From the IMG/VR virus record IMGVR_UViG_3300020057_000029, positions 1 to 64,000 of that record: DNA of 64,000 nucleotides. One strand, 5' to 3'. The position numbers and the translations under genes are program-made. Below the pieces are notes generated by a model, which was not told the DNA's origin, searched no databases, and saw only the letters and a program-made list of their open reading frames with translations. Each line of letters starts with the position of its first letter. The first letter of the stretch is position 1. The DNA comes from a virus. Below are positions 17,389 through 26,780 of this stretch, piece by piece.

Positions 17389-17877
17389 ATGGAAATTTTA
17401 AAATTCCCAAACCCTAGCCTGTCTGTTGTCTGCAGCAAGGTAACGGTCTTTGGACCTGAACTTAAGATTATATTACGGTCAATGTGGGACACTTTAAAGG
17501 CTACCAAAGGGATCGGACTGGCCGCAAATCAAGTTGGTCTTAAATATCGCATATTTGTAATGGAAGGTCCAGACAAAGAACAGTTGTTTTTTATCAATCC
17601 TGTGATATCATCCAGTTCCCTAAAAATAAGCTCTTTAAAAGAAGGGTGTCTTTCTGCTCCAGGCGAGATTATATGTACCGGAACACGCTGGGATTCGGTA
17701 TCGATTAGATTTCAAGACGAAAAAGGCCAAGAATGCACTAAAGTTTTTAAGGGGATTCACGCTGTTTGCGTACAGCATGAGATCGAACATTTAAATGGTA
17801 AAAATTTTATGAGTTCTAAGTATATCCCAAGAGAACGTAGGAAATATTTGGTCAAAAAATGGGGCCTTAAAAAGTGA
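17389..17877 (+). CDS. def: Peptide deformylase
   Basis: GIGLAANQ, EGCLS, QHEIEHLNG. Confidence 0.95.
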   Translation: MEILKFPNPSLSVVCSKVTVFGPELKIILRSMWDTLKATKGIGLAANQVGLKYRIFVMEGPDKEQLFFINPVISSSSLKISSLKEGCLSAPGEIICTGTRWDSVSIRFQDEKGQECTKVFKGIHAVCVQHEIEHLNGKNFMSSKYIPRERRKYLVKKWGLKK

Positions 17878-18098
17878 AAAAGATTTTTAGAGAAACCAAA
17901 AAGACATTTAAAAAACTTCCAGTGCTCATATGGGCAGTTGCCATCGTTGTGCCTGGTGGTTTTTTAGCAATTGGGGTTTATGCGGCAACTAAAATTTACT
18001 TAAACAGAAGAAAAAATGGCAAAAAAGAATAAATTAATTGCCATTTTTCGTTATGAGGCTATAGAGATGAGAGAATACGAAGACTGTGACGGATTTTA

Positions 18099-18320
18099 AT
18101 GAAAACTTTAAAAACTAAACTCAGCAATCCTGACGCTATTCGTAAAGCTGTAGCCAAACTACTAGATGATTCTGCTAAAGCCGCTCAGTTCAACGATATG
18201 GTTTTTCGATCCGTTGATTTAAACGCTAAGAATGTTGGTAATTTTAACAGCAAAGATCTGGCCGTTCTTCAGGTTTGCGATCTTGCTAAAATGTACGGTA
18301 TAGCCGTGGAGTGTGTATGA
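18099..18320 (+). CDS. Hypothetical protein
   Basis: ORF. Confidence 0.6.
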   Translation: MKTLKTKLSNPDAIRKAVAKLLDDSAKAAQFNDMVFRSVDLNAKNVGNFNSKDLAVLQVCDLAKMYGIAVECV

Positions 18321-19216
18321 TCGAAGTCAAAATCGTAGCTGATTCTATGTCCAAGGCCGGTAAGCGCATAACAACCTTTGTTCTTACCTACCCTCGCTTT
18401 ATCCATGCTGAATTTATGACGCACAGAGTTTTGTCTCGTAATGCATCAAGCTCCCGCGCTATACCTGTAAAGAAACAAATTGCAATGGTTCGTTCTAACA
18501 TGGTGATACCGATTCATATCGGCGCAAACAGACCTGGTATGCAAGCAAAAGAAGAAGTGTCTGCTTTAAAAAAGAAAGCTGCCGTATTCATATGGAAGGC
18601 TTTAGGACATACCGCTTGTATTGCAGCTTCTATTTTGGACCGACTTGGGGTTCATAAACAGGTCGCCAATCGCGTGCTGGAGCCCTGGAATCATATTACC
18701 GTTGTAGTAACAGCTACAGAGTGGGATAATTTTTTTGCTCTGCGTGTTCACCCAGACGCTCAGCCTGAGATCCACGCTCTTGCTGCTAAGATGTATGATC
18801 TCTATTCTTCAATTGATATTAAAACCGTAAACCCTGGATATTGGCACCTTCCCTTTATGGACAAGGAATCTCTGGCTGAATGCAGTATTTTGTACGGGGT
18901 GTCCTGTGTAGCAGACGAAGAAGAAGCGATGACCCTTGCGATTAAGCGTTCAGTGGCCCGTTGCGCTCGCGTATCCTATATGAACCACGATGGGACCAAG
19001 TCTACTATTCAGCAGGATCTCGACCTGTATCAGCGTCTTTTGGGTAACACTCCAATTCACGCATCTCCATCTGAGCATCAGGCTATGGCGATGTTCGAGC
19101 CAGATTTTCAATCAGGGAATTTTCGTGGCTGGATGCAATACAGGAAGACTATTCCTAACGAAAATATTGACAAATACGAAATAAAAACATTGCTCGAAAA
19201 AGGTTGCCCTGGCTAG
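18317..19216 (+). CDS. thyX: Flavin-dependent thymidylate synthase (phage-type Thy1)
   Basis: THRVLSRNASSSRAIP, HKQ..NR.LEP, AQPEI, ARVSY, HASP.EH. Confidence 0.9.
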   Translation: MIEVKIVADSMSKAGKRITTFVLTYPRFIHAEFMTHRVLSRNASSSRAIPVKKQIAMVRSNMVIPIHIGANRPGMQAKEEVSALKKKAAVFIWKALGHTACIAASILDRLGVHKQVANRVLEPWNHITVVVTATEWDNFFALRVHPDAQPEIHALAAKMYDLYSSIDIKTVNPGYWHLPFMDKESLAECSILYGVSCVADEEEAMTLAIKRSVARCARVSYMNHDGTKSTIQQDLDLYQRLLGNTPIHASPSEHQAMAMFEPDFQSGNFRGWMQYRKTIPNENIDKYEIKTLLEKGCPG

Positions 19217-19261
19217 TTTTATCGACTATTCTAACCTTGTAGGTACAATCAGGAGTAACAA

Positions 19262-19552
19262 ATGAGATTAGATATTGGGTTATATAAAGGTAGCAAGAAA
19301 ATAGCGCAGGATTGGTACAAGAGAGAGGGTCATAAAAATCCCAAAGACGCCATTTCAGCAATATCTATGTTGACCGGCGTTCCCTGTATTGTATCTGCTT
19401 ATTGGATTGGCGAGATTGACAACTATCCTGCTCATGTGATAAAATCAATGAAAGGACTAATCAAGTTTTATGGTTACACTTCTGTCGAAAATCCCACTCC
19501 TGGCGCTCCTCCTTTTGAGCAGTTGCTCCAGCACTCTACCGAATCCGAATAG
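19262..19552 (+). CDS. Hypothetical protein
   Basis: AGGAG SD. Confidence 0.65.
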   Translation: MRLDIGLYKGSKKIAQDWYKREGHKNPKDAISAISMLTGVPCIVSAYWIGEIDNYPAHVIKSMKGLIKFYGYTSVENPTPGAPPFEQLLQHSTESE

Positions 19553-19661
19553 TTTCTGCGGCAAGCCTATGGTTCGCAAAATCTACCGCAGTGTCCTTTA
19601 TAGCCCTGATATTAAAGAAGAAACAGAAGTCACTGTAACCTGCCCAATCGCTATTTGGTAG
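19470..19661 (+). CDS. Putative small lipoprotein
   Basis: LLALLLLSSC lipobox; overlaps the previous gene. Confidence 0.45.
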   Translation: MVTLLSKIPLLALLLLSSCSSTLPNPNSFCGKPMVRKIYRSVLYSPDIKEETEVTVTCPIAIW

Positions 19662-19777
19662 TGATTTCGGCTATATACCAATAATGTAGACCATATTTGC
19701 AATTTTCTGAATATGATTTGCATTGCCGATAAAACTAGTTTACTCTATATCTAGATACTAAATTTAAGGAGAAATCA

Positions 19778-20113
19778 ATGAAACTCACTCGCAAACTCGA
19801 AATTGGAATCAACGCGGTCAATATTCTCAAGACGAAAACTGGTCCTACCAGAGTGGTAGATATGACTGTTGACGTTGGAACCACTGTAAACTTCCTAGAA
19901 CAGATTATGCGCAATCTGCGTGAAGCTGGCATTGTAAGCGTAAAACGCGGTCCTGGCGGCGGCTATATCCTAAACAAGGGGTCTATTGTTACTGCTATGA
20001 CGGTGGCCAATGCAATTGGTGAAGACCTTGGAAGTCTTCAGCTCGATGAAGTGACACCAGTAGGTCGTCTTCGTACTGCTGTTGTAAACGCGTTTTTGAA
20101 CACTTCTATCTAG
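19778..20113 (+). CDS. Rrf2/IscR-family transcriptional regulator lacking Fe-S cysteines
   Basis: FLEQIMRNLREAGIVSVKRGPGGGY; AAGGAG SD. Confidence 0.9.
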   Translation: MKLTRKLEIGINAVNILKTKTGPTRVVDMTVDVGTTVNFLEQIMRNLREAGIVSVKRGPGGGYILNKGSIVTAMTVANAIGEDLGSLQLDEVTPVGRLRTAVVNAFLNTSI

Positions 20114-20121
20114 AGGTTGCC

Positions 20122-20985
20122 ATGGAATTCAAATCCTTTCCCGAGATTAAAAAGCTTAGTTCCGTCAAATTTTCTATCACCCAGAAAATCCACGGCTCTA
20201 ATGCCCAAATTATGATCGTACCATTGGACCCAGAAATTGCGATTTTTAGAAAATCCAATAAAGACGTGGGTATTGTTGAACTAAATGGTCAATACTTTGA
20301 TTTTCGCTGCGGCTCACGCACTAGATGGATTGTTCCTGGCGACGACAATTATGGTTTTGCTGCATTCGCATATGCCAATAAAGAAGCGTTTGTAGAGAAG
20401 CTTGGTCCTGGTCAGCATTTTGGCGAATGGGCTGGTCTAGGGATTAATTCCGGCGAAGGGCTTAAGGAAAAGTTTTTTATTCTGTTTGATTATTGGCGAT
20501 ACGACCCTGCGATCCTTCCTCCCCAGACCGTCCTGGTACCGGTTCTCTACAAAGGAAAATTCGATCTTGGTCAAGTGAAAATTGCGATGGATGATCTAAA
20601 GACCAATGGCTCCAAATTAGCCCTAGGGTTTATGCACCCTGAGGGAGTCGTAGTGCAGATTATAGGCTCTCGTTACAAAGAAGTCTTTACGGCAGAAGAG
20701 ACTCAGTGGACCAAATCAAGAGGCGACAAAGCGCCTAAAGAAAAAGGCCCTGACTATTCCCACCTGCTTCAACCTATTAGACTAGAGAAACTTTTGTCTA
20801 AGGATGAACGCTATGTTGTGGAATATCCCGCTTCTCTAAAACAGATCGCTTTTGATTATTTTGATGACCTCGTAAAAGAAGGTCAGATTGTAGGAACTGA
20901 GCAAGAGCTTATGAGTATCAAGAGGCAATCTCTTAGCTGGATCTTTAGCTTCATCAAAAGCATCTTCAAAGAAAAGAATCTATAA
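20122..20985 (+). CDS. Rnl2-like RNA ligase / nucleotidyltransferase
   Basis: QKIHGSN, GSR, FGEW, LFD, PEGVV. Confidence 0.75.
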   Translation: MEFKSFPEIKKLSSVKFSITQKIHGSNAQIMIVPLDPEIAIFRKSNKDVGIVELNGQYFDFRCGSRTRWIVPGDDNYGFAAFAYANKEAFVEKLGPGQHFGEWAGLGINSGEGLKEKFFILFDYWRYDPAILPPQTVLVPVLYKGKFDLGQVKIAMDDLKTNGSKLALGFMHPEGVVVQIIGSRYKEVFTAEETQWTKSRGDKAPKEKGPDYSHLLQPIRLEKLLSKDERYVVEYPASLKQIAFDYFDDLVKEGQIVGTEQELMSIKRQSLSWIFSFIKSIFKEKNL

Positions 20986-21000
20986 CCTGGACGCGAATCG

Positions 21001-21088
21001 GGACAAATAGACGTATTTAAGCCTCTTAATTGTCCCGATTAGGACAAATAGACGTATTTAAGCCTCTTAATTGTCCCGATTAGGACAA
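21001..21088. repeat. 2.1 x 41-bp tandem hairpin repeat between convergent genes
   Basis: GGACAAATAGACGTATTTAAGCCTCTTAATTGTCCCGATTA x2 + GGACAA; 11-bp IR AATCGGGACAA/TTGTCCCGATT. Confidence 0.9.
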
Positions 21089-21108
21089 TCAAGAAGCTTG
21101 ATTATTTT

Positions 21109-21252
21109 CTAGTTGTAGAGGCGACCACGGGGTTCGCTAGGCTCTCTAGGCTCGCAGCGAGTAACGCCGTCTTTCTTACGACAGCGGTCGGTTTCTGTGT
21201 TAGCACAACCGGTAACAACAAGAGCCAGTAAAAGTAGCATTAAGTATCTCAT
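21109..21252 (-). CDS. Small lipoprotein (47 aa)
   Basis: MRYLMLLLLALVVTGC lipobox; AAGGA SD. Confidence 0.7.
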   Translation of the reverse strand: MRYLMLLLLALVVTGCANTETDRCRKKDGVTRCEPREPSEPRGRLYN

Positions 21253-21253
21253 A

Positions 21254-21703
21254 TTATCCTTTTGATCCAGTAGAACCAAATCCACCAGATCCACGTTCAG
21301 TTTCATCCAGGCTATCGACCTCTGTGATCTCAGCTTGGACCACAGGAACGATTACGCCCTGTGCAATTCGATCACCTTTTTTGACAATCACATCCTTGTT
21401 ATCTTTAATGGTTAGAGAGTTTGTCATTATGATTCCTACTGGCCCTCTGAAATCTGAATCGATAGTGCCAGGGGTGTTGGCCACTCGTAGGGTGGTTTTT
21501 AAAGTAAGCCCAGAGCGAGGACGAACCTGAACTTCAAACCCTTCTTCTATGGCCAAGGAAATACCGGTCGATACGACCTTGGTTTCTCCTGGACCAATTC
21601 GAACATCTTCAACAGCAACGAAATCAAAACCAGACGCACCTTTGCTTTGGTATTTGGGAAGAACAGCATCTGGATGAAGTTTTTTTACACGTAGTTTTTG
21701 CAT
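21254..21703 (-). CDS. dut: Trimeric dUTPase
   Basis: GASGFD, RPRSGL, GTIDSDFRG, RIAQ, RGSGGFGSTG. Confidence 0.97.
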   Translation of the reverse strand: MQKLRVKKLHPDAVLPKYQSKGASGFDFVAVEDVRIGPGETKVVSTGISLAIEEGFEVQVRPRSGLTLKTTLRVANTPGTIDSDFRGPVGIIMTNSLTIKDNKDVIVKKGDRIAQGVIVPVVQAEITEVDSLDETERGSGGFGSTGSKG

Positions 21704-21711
21704 AACACCTT

Positions 21712-21975
21712 TTATTTGGCCATTGGGAATTTTTTGCTACCATGAACGATTTTAAGTTTAGGGTGTTTTCTAGTCTTCTTACACCATGAGCAATGGTAAT
21801 TTGATTTTCTAACGCCATGCTCATGTCTGTACATTTTGTGAACCCCTATTTTGCACAGTGGTATTGCTTTGAACTTGATCAAGCTTCCCATGGACCTGAA
21901 CACCAATACCACAAACATAAACCCTATTGCAAGCATAAGCAAATACAACAGAATTATGTCCAAATGTTCGAGCAT
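21712..21975 (-). CDS. Membrane protein with CxxGxH...CxxC motif
   Basis: N-terminal TM helix. Confidence 0.6.
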   Translation of the reverse strand: MLEHLDIILLYLLMLAIGFMFVVLVFRSMGSLIKFKAIPLCKIGVHKMYRHEHGVRKSNYHCSWCKKTRKHPKLKIVHGSKKFPMAK

Positions 21976-22208
21976 CTTCCATTATATCTTATTTCTTTGT
22001 GTATTGCTCTTGTTTTTATCAAATTTTCCAGTTTGGCTCGCTGTCTGTCAGCCTGACCCCTAAAGAACATGTCGATTTCGGTATTGTTAGGGCTAATCAT
22101 TTTTTCGGAGTGTGCAATCAGCCGCTTAAGGAATTCTTCCTCATTTTTAGGAAGACTGTCCAGTAAAGAAAACTTCCTGATCTTTTGGCTTTTTTTGTTT
22201 TTATGCAC
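21954..22208 (-). CDS. Hypothetical protein
   Basis: AAGGAG SD. Confidence 0.55.
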   Translation of the reverse strand: MHKNKKSQKIRKFSLLDSLPKNEEEFLKRLIAHSEKMISPNNTEIDMFFRGQADRQRAKLENLIKTRAIHKEIRYNGRCSNIWT

Positions 22209-22341
22209 TTTTTATCTCCTTCTGTAGATACTGCGGGAATCGCAGGGATTAGTCAAGCAATAGAATATGGTCTGTTTTAAGCCCATTACGTGATAAATAG
22301 TGATACGAGGCATGAGCGTAATCTTAAAAGGTGAGATATTT

Positions 22342-22455
22342 ATGCTAGTTTACAAAATTGCTAATAAAATCAATGGAAAGGCCTGTGTCGGGCAGATCGT
22401 ACAAAATCTTAAATACGGATGGAATTTCATGTCTGTAAGCGTAGTGGTTGACTAA
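22342..22455 (+). pseudogene. GIY-YIG homing endonuclease N-terminal remnant
   Basis: MLVYKIANKINGKACVGQIVQNLKYGW resembles IYKITNKINGKxYIGQT; 37 aa. Confidence 0.65.
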
Positions 22456-24948
22456 ATGCGTAAAGAATTAATTATCTCAGCAAAATTCGATACTTCCGAC
22501 TTTGATAAAAGTGTTGAGTCTATGCAGCGCAAGCTGAAAGAGCTTTACACGCCCAAAGACCAGCAAAAAACCGCTCAAAATCTTCAAAGCATAGGCATGG
22601 GAGGAGCTGGCGGCTCCACCCCAGGCGGCATGTCTCAACAAAGCATGGAAGCCTACAAAAGATCTACCCAATCAGCCCGCCGTGAGCTTGATCAGATGAT
22701 CAAGGAAGAAGCCAAGGGTCAACAACAACTTGTTAAACTAATCGAACAGCGTACTGGCAAGCTAAGAGAAATGAAAGAACTGCAAAAACAGGCGGTTAAG
22801 GATTCTGCTGAAGAGCTTAAGCTCAAAGAACAGATTGCACGAGTGGAAGAAAACAATTCTAGAGCCAAACAGGCTTATAAGCAACGTGACGCTCAATTAA
22901 ATCAGCTTGTGGAAGCTCGCCAAAATGCAACACCCCAAGGTGCTCAGCGCCTAATGAATGCCTACCAGGGAGGTGGCATGGGCGGTGCAATGACTGCAGG
23001 CGGGCGTATGGCGGCAGCCAATCCAGGTGCAGCTCTGGGTATGTTTGGTTCTCTGATGGCCGGTGTAGGAACTATTGGTCAAATGGGCGTTGATACGTAT
23101 CGTGGTTTTGGCCAAGCTCCAATTCAGACCCAACAAGCGACCGGAAATGCTGTTCAGGGAGTGCTGGGAAGAGATGTAGGGAATATTTACAGCAAACGTA
23201 CAGCGTTTGAACAGATGTGGAATCCTGAGCGTGCCAAGGCTGCTCAGATGGCACTTGCTCAATCACGTAATGCTCAGAACGCAGATCTGATGAGTTTGCC
23301 TATGGGCATTCTTAAATCTACCGGCGCTGGAATTGCAGGAGGTGCCGGATCTGGTTTTGTGGGCGGTGCTGCCCTAGGATCTTTGGCCGGTGGCGTAGGC
23401 GCTATTCCAGGCGCTGCGGCTGGCGCACTAGGCGGCGGAATTCTTGGTGGTATGGGGGGTTTCGCATACGGCGTAGGAGGTATTCTAACCGACAAGAGAA
23501 AACGGGCTCTGGCTCTTTCTCCATTTTCTAGCACTATGTCTAATCAATATCAATCTATGATAGCAGAAGAGCTTTCTTCCGGTTTCCAGGGCTCATTAGA
23601 GGCTCAGAAGAAAATGAATCCCTTTAAACAACGAGCTATTTCTGAATATGAACAGGATTTCCAGGGAAGACTTGGCTCTCAGCGCGGAATGGGAATGCGA
23701 AACAGAGATTTTTATGGCCCAGGCGGATTCTTAAAACAGGGTATTGATGCCGGTTTCACTCCAGAGATGTCTCAACAGATGAGCTCAGGAATTCTTGCGG
23801 CAGGCGGTTCTACTCGCGCAGCAAGAGGGTCTGTTCTTGGAAATCAGATGGAGCGCGGCTTCGACCTTACAAACGCTTCTCAGATTATGGGAAGTATTTC
23901 AGGCGGCGTAGGATCAGGCGAAGCTACTAAGCAGGCGACCATCAAGATTTTGTCTGAAGGTATGCGTTTAGGTTTAGATGATAGTAAATTTGCGGAAGAA
24001 AATCGCAGATTCACCGCAGTCGCTGCGGAGGCTATAGGTCGTTCTGGTGCTAAAACCGATAGTGACTTTGAGCGTATTTCTGGTGGATTGGGCAGATATT
24101 TGTCTGAAAATACCACCAAGGGTATTGAGGCTTCAAAGACCGCCTATGAGCAATATCAGCAAATTTCTTCCACAACATCTGGCCCTCGTGGCGTTATGCG
24201 GGCTGCTGGCTTTATGAGAGATTCTAAGCTTTCTCAGCTTTCTACAATACAAAAGCAGGCAATCATGCAGATTAAAGAAGAGGACCTTAACGAAAGCAAT
24301 TTCTTGATTAAAGGCGCTGCCGACTTTCTTAAGATTGATCCAAAAGAACTTGTAAAGAAAATTTCTAATGTAAATGAAGGCGCTGTAAGCCGTTTTAGCG
24401 AATCAGACAGCCTACGAGACAAAATTCGTAGCAAGCTCAAGGATATTGGTGTTGAGAAGGTAACTGACGAAAATTTTAGCAAACTTCCAAAAGACATACA
24501 GCAAGACTTGTCCAATCTAGGTATGTTCCACGCTGCAGAGTTGGGCTATAAAGGACAGCGAGAACAGCAAGCTTTTACCTTTGGCAGCGTAGGGAAAATA
24601 CCAGGTGCAGAACAATACGGACCAGGAGCCCCAGGTGATACCGCTGTAGAAGGCCGATTGGGCAGTAGAGACACTGGTCGCATGGAAGACAGTACTATCC
24701 AAGCGATGGCAGCAGATGCTGGAACGGTATTGAAAAATTTTAACGAAATGAGTGGTAGCATGGATGCTGCTTCCAAATCCGCTGCTCTGTTTACCCATAA
24801 GGTTCGAGAAATGAATGCTGAGCTTCAGAAAGCCCTAGAAGAAGGCAAGGGAAGCAAAGACTTGAGCCTATTCGAAAAAATTCTTAATAAATATGCGGCA
24901 CTGGGTGGCGCTGAGAATCAAGATCAGGCCGGAAAGCCCACCCAATAA
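22456..24948 (+). CDS. Tape-measure-like protein
   Basis: N-terminal coiled coil, Gly/Ala hydrophobic segment, position before hub and spike genes. Confidence 0.7.
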   Translation: MRKELIISAKFDTSDFDKSVESMQRKLKELYTPKDQQKTAQNLQSIGMGGAGGSTPGGMSQQSMEAYKRSTQSARRELDQMIKEEAKGQQQLVKLIEQRTGKLREMKELQKQAVKDSAEELKLKEQIARVEENNSRAKQAYKQRDAQLNQLVEARQNATPQGAQRLMNAYQGGGMGGAMTAGGRMAAANPGAALGMFGSLMAGVGTIGQMGVDTYRGFGQAPIQTQQATGNAVQGVLGRDVGNIYSKRTAFEQMWNPERAKAAQMALAQSRNAQNADLMSLPMGILKSTGAGIAGGAGSGFVGGAALGSLAGGVGAIPGAAAGALGGGILGGMGGFAYGVGGILTDKRKRALALSPFSSTMSNQYQSMIAEELSSGFQGSLEAQKKMNPFKQRAISEYEQDFQGRLGSQRGMGMRNRDFYGPGGFLKQGIDAGFTPEMSQQMSSGILAAGGSTRAARGSVLGNQMERGFDLTNASQIMGSISGGVGSGEATKQATIKILSEGMRLGLDDSKFAEENRRFTAVAAEAIGRSGAKTDSDFERISGGLGRYLSENTTKGIEASKTAYEQYQQISSTTSGPRGVMRAAGFMRDSKLSQLSTIQKQAIMQIKEEDLNESNFLIKGAADFLKIDPKELVKKISNVNEGAVSRFSESDSLRDKIRSKLKDIGVEKVTDENFSKLPKDIQQDLSNLGMFHAAELGYKGQREQQAFTFGSVGKIPGAEQYGPGAPGDTAVEGRLGSRDTGRMEDSTIQAMAADAGTVLKNFNEMSGSMDAASKSAALFTHKVREMNAELQKALEEGKGSKDLSLFEKILNKYAALGGAENQDQAGKPTQ

Positions 24949-24950
24949 TC

Positions 24951-26780
24951 ATGACAGACAATAGAGCCTACACATTCGACATAGATCCTATCGGGACCAG
25001 TGACAGCGAGTTTAATCGCGTTCACCAGGTAAGTCCTGCGTGGCTTCTTACGTTTGTAAGATGGGAAAATAGAGATACTCTTAGAAACGCAAATGTTGCT
25101 TCAACTGAAGTTCGCGATCCTCTTATTGTAGAAAACGACTGTCTATCTGTAACCACGACCGGAAGCAAAGGGGCACTAACACCTTCTATGACGGCCACTC
25201 TAGTGATGACCGATGTAAACTATCTTACTGCAATCGCACCAGGAGATTTCGTTTTAGTAAACATGTTAAATTGGGAAGCCGAAGCTAAACGCGTAGCCCA
25301 GAAAGCATTTAATAAGCAAGCCATCAATGGTCCTACGGACGGTTTTAAGGGCATTTTTAAAGTACAGGGCGTAAGAGAAATAGAAACAACAGATCCGCAG
25401 ACTGGCACTAAAATTGTTCTTTTTAAGATTAACGGATTTGCTTTCACTGAATTCAACAATACTATTTATTTTAATCCCTATCTAATCGATCCAAATCAAG
25501 ACAAGAAGAATGAACTTCTGTTTGCCAGTTTTATCGGCAAAGATTGGGCCAACCTTGTCGGCAAAAAGGGTCTAACAAACGTTCAAGACGTTATTGCGGT
25601 TTTGATCCAAAGTTTTATTGGTACCGGCATTCAAGGTAAGGGTCAAGCGGACAAGTCAGGTCTAAAGACTCATAATGTGCATTTTTTCATTCCAGACCTT
25701 GTAGGAAGATTGTTAGGCGTACAGGGGGCCAAGGCCGCTAAAGACATCTACATATATCTTTTTGGCATCCAGAAATATGCTTCTGGTTCTGCACAGTCTG
25801 TTGGTTCAGGTACTAATCCGGCAGGTATTAGGCAAAAATTTAAGAATTTCTGGTACACTCCAGCTGAATGTCAAGGCGACACTCTTTTAAAGGCAGAGTA
25901 TTGGAACCAAATAAAAACCTGGGCTATCTTGAATCAATACACTAACGCTCCATTGAATGAAATGTATACTGCTTTTCGTACAGATCCAGGCAATAAAGTG
26001 ATGCCTACATTGGTGTTCCGACAGATGCCTTTCAGTACGGAAGATTTCAAAGGCGCTGCCAACACAAAGTTTTTAAATTTGCCCAGATGGAAAGTCAACC
26101 CAGCTTTGATCATGGATAAAGATTTGGGCAGAGAAGAAGCCGCTCGTGTGAATTTTGTTCAATATTTCGGTAGATCTTCCGTTGGTCAAGAAGGCGCTGA
26201 TATTGCCCAGCAGCTGGACCAGGGAAACTACGTATATGATATCAAAGATGTTCAACGCAGTGGACTAAGACCCTATATCGTAACAACTCAATTTGATGAG
26301 CCTACTACTATTTATAAAAATTATCGCAGTCCAGGATGGGCAAGGGTTATGGGTAATATTTTGATTGGCGGTCATCTTAAGCTTAACGGAACAATCACCT
26401 GTGCTGGCCTAGTAGACCCCATAGCGGTAGGCGATAATCTAGAATTAGACAGTGTTGTGTATCACATTGAGCAGATCACGCACTCTGCCGCTATGGTTGG
26501 GCCAAAAGGTGCTAGACAGTTTAGATCTGTAATCAATGTGAGCAGTGGTATTAGCATCGACAGTTCGGCAAAAGGCACTCGCTACGCTGAAATGACAAAT
26601 ACGGCTGCCGATCTTGAGCGCAAGAGGGATTTTGACAATGAAGAAATGTTGCCAGGAGTATCTGAATCTCAAGATATTATCAAAAGACATGGCAATGTAG
26701 ATGCTCAACAGGCTACCAACAAATCTTTTCCCCAACCTGCTTTTCGTAGTTTTAGGAAAAAGAAAAAGGCTAAGAAATAA
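24951..26780 (+). CDS. Putative baseplate hub / tail protein
   Basis: Position; GTITC...VGDNL...YHIEQITH C-terminal barrel pattern. Confidence 0.6.
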   Translation: MTDNRAYTFDIDPIGTSDSEFNRVHQVSPAWLLTFVRWENRDTLRNANVASTEVRDPLIVENDCLSVTTTGSKGALTPSMTATLVMTDVNYLTAIAPGDFVLVNMLNWEAEAKRVAQKAFNKQAINGPTDGFKGIFKVQGVREIETTDPQTGTKIVLFKINGFAFTEFNNTIYFNPYLIDPNQDKKNELLFASFIGKDWANLVGKKGLTNVQDVIAVLIQSFIGTGIQGKGQADKSGLKTHNVHFFIPDLVGRLLGVQGAKAAKDIYIYLFGIQKYASGSAQSVGSGTNPAGIRQKFKNFWYTPAECQGDTLLKAEYWNQIKTWAILNQYTNAPLNEMYTAFRTDPGNKVMPTLVFRQMPFSTEDFKGAANTKFLNLPRWKVNPALIMDKDLGREEAARVNFVQYFGRSSVGQEGADIAQQLDQGNYVYDIKDVQRSGLRPYIVTTQFDEPTTIYKNYRSPGWARVMGNILIGGHLKLNGTITCAGLVDPIAVGDNLELDSVVYHIEQITHSAAMVGPKGARQFRSVINVSSGISIDSSAKGTRYAEMTNTAADLERKRDFDNEEMLPGVSESQDIIKRHGNVDAQQATNKSFPQPAFRSFRKKKKAKK

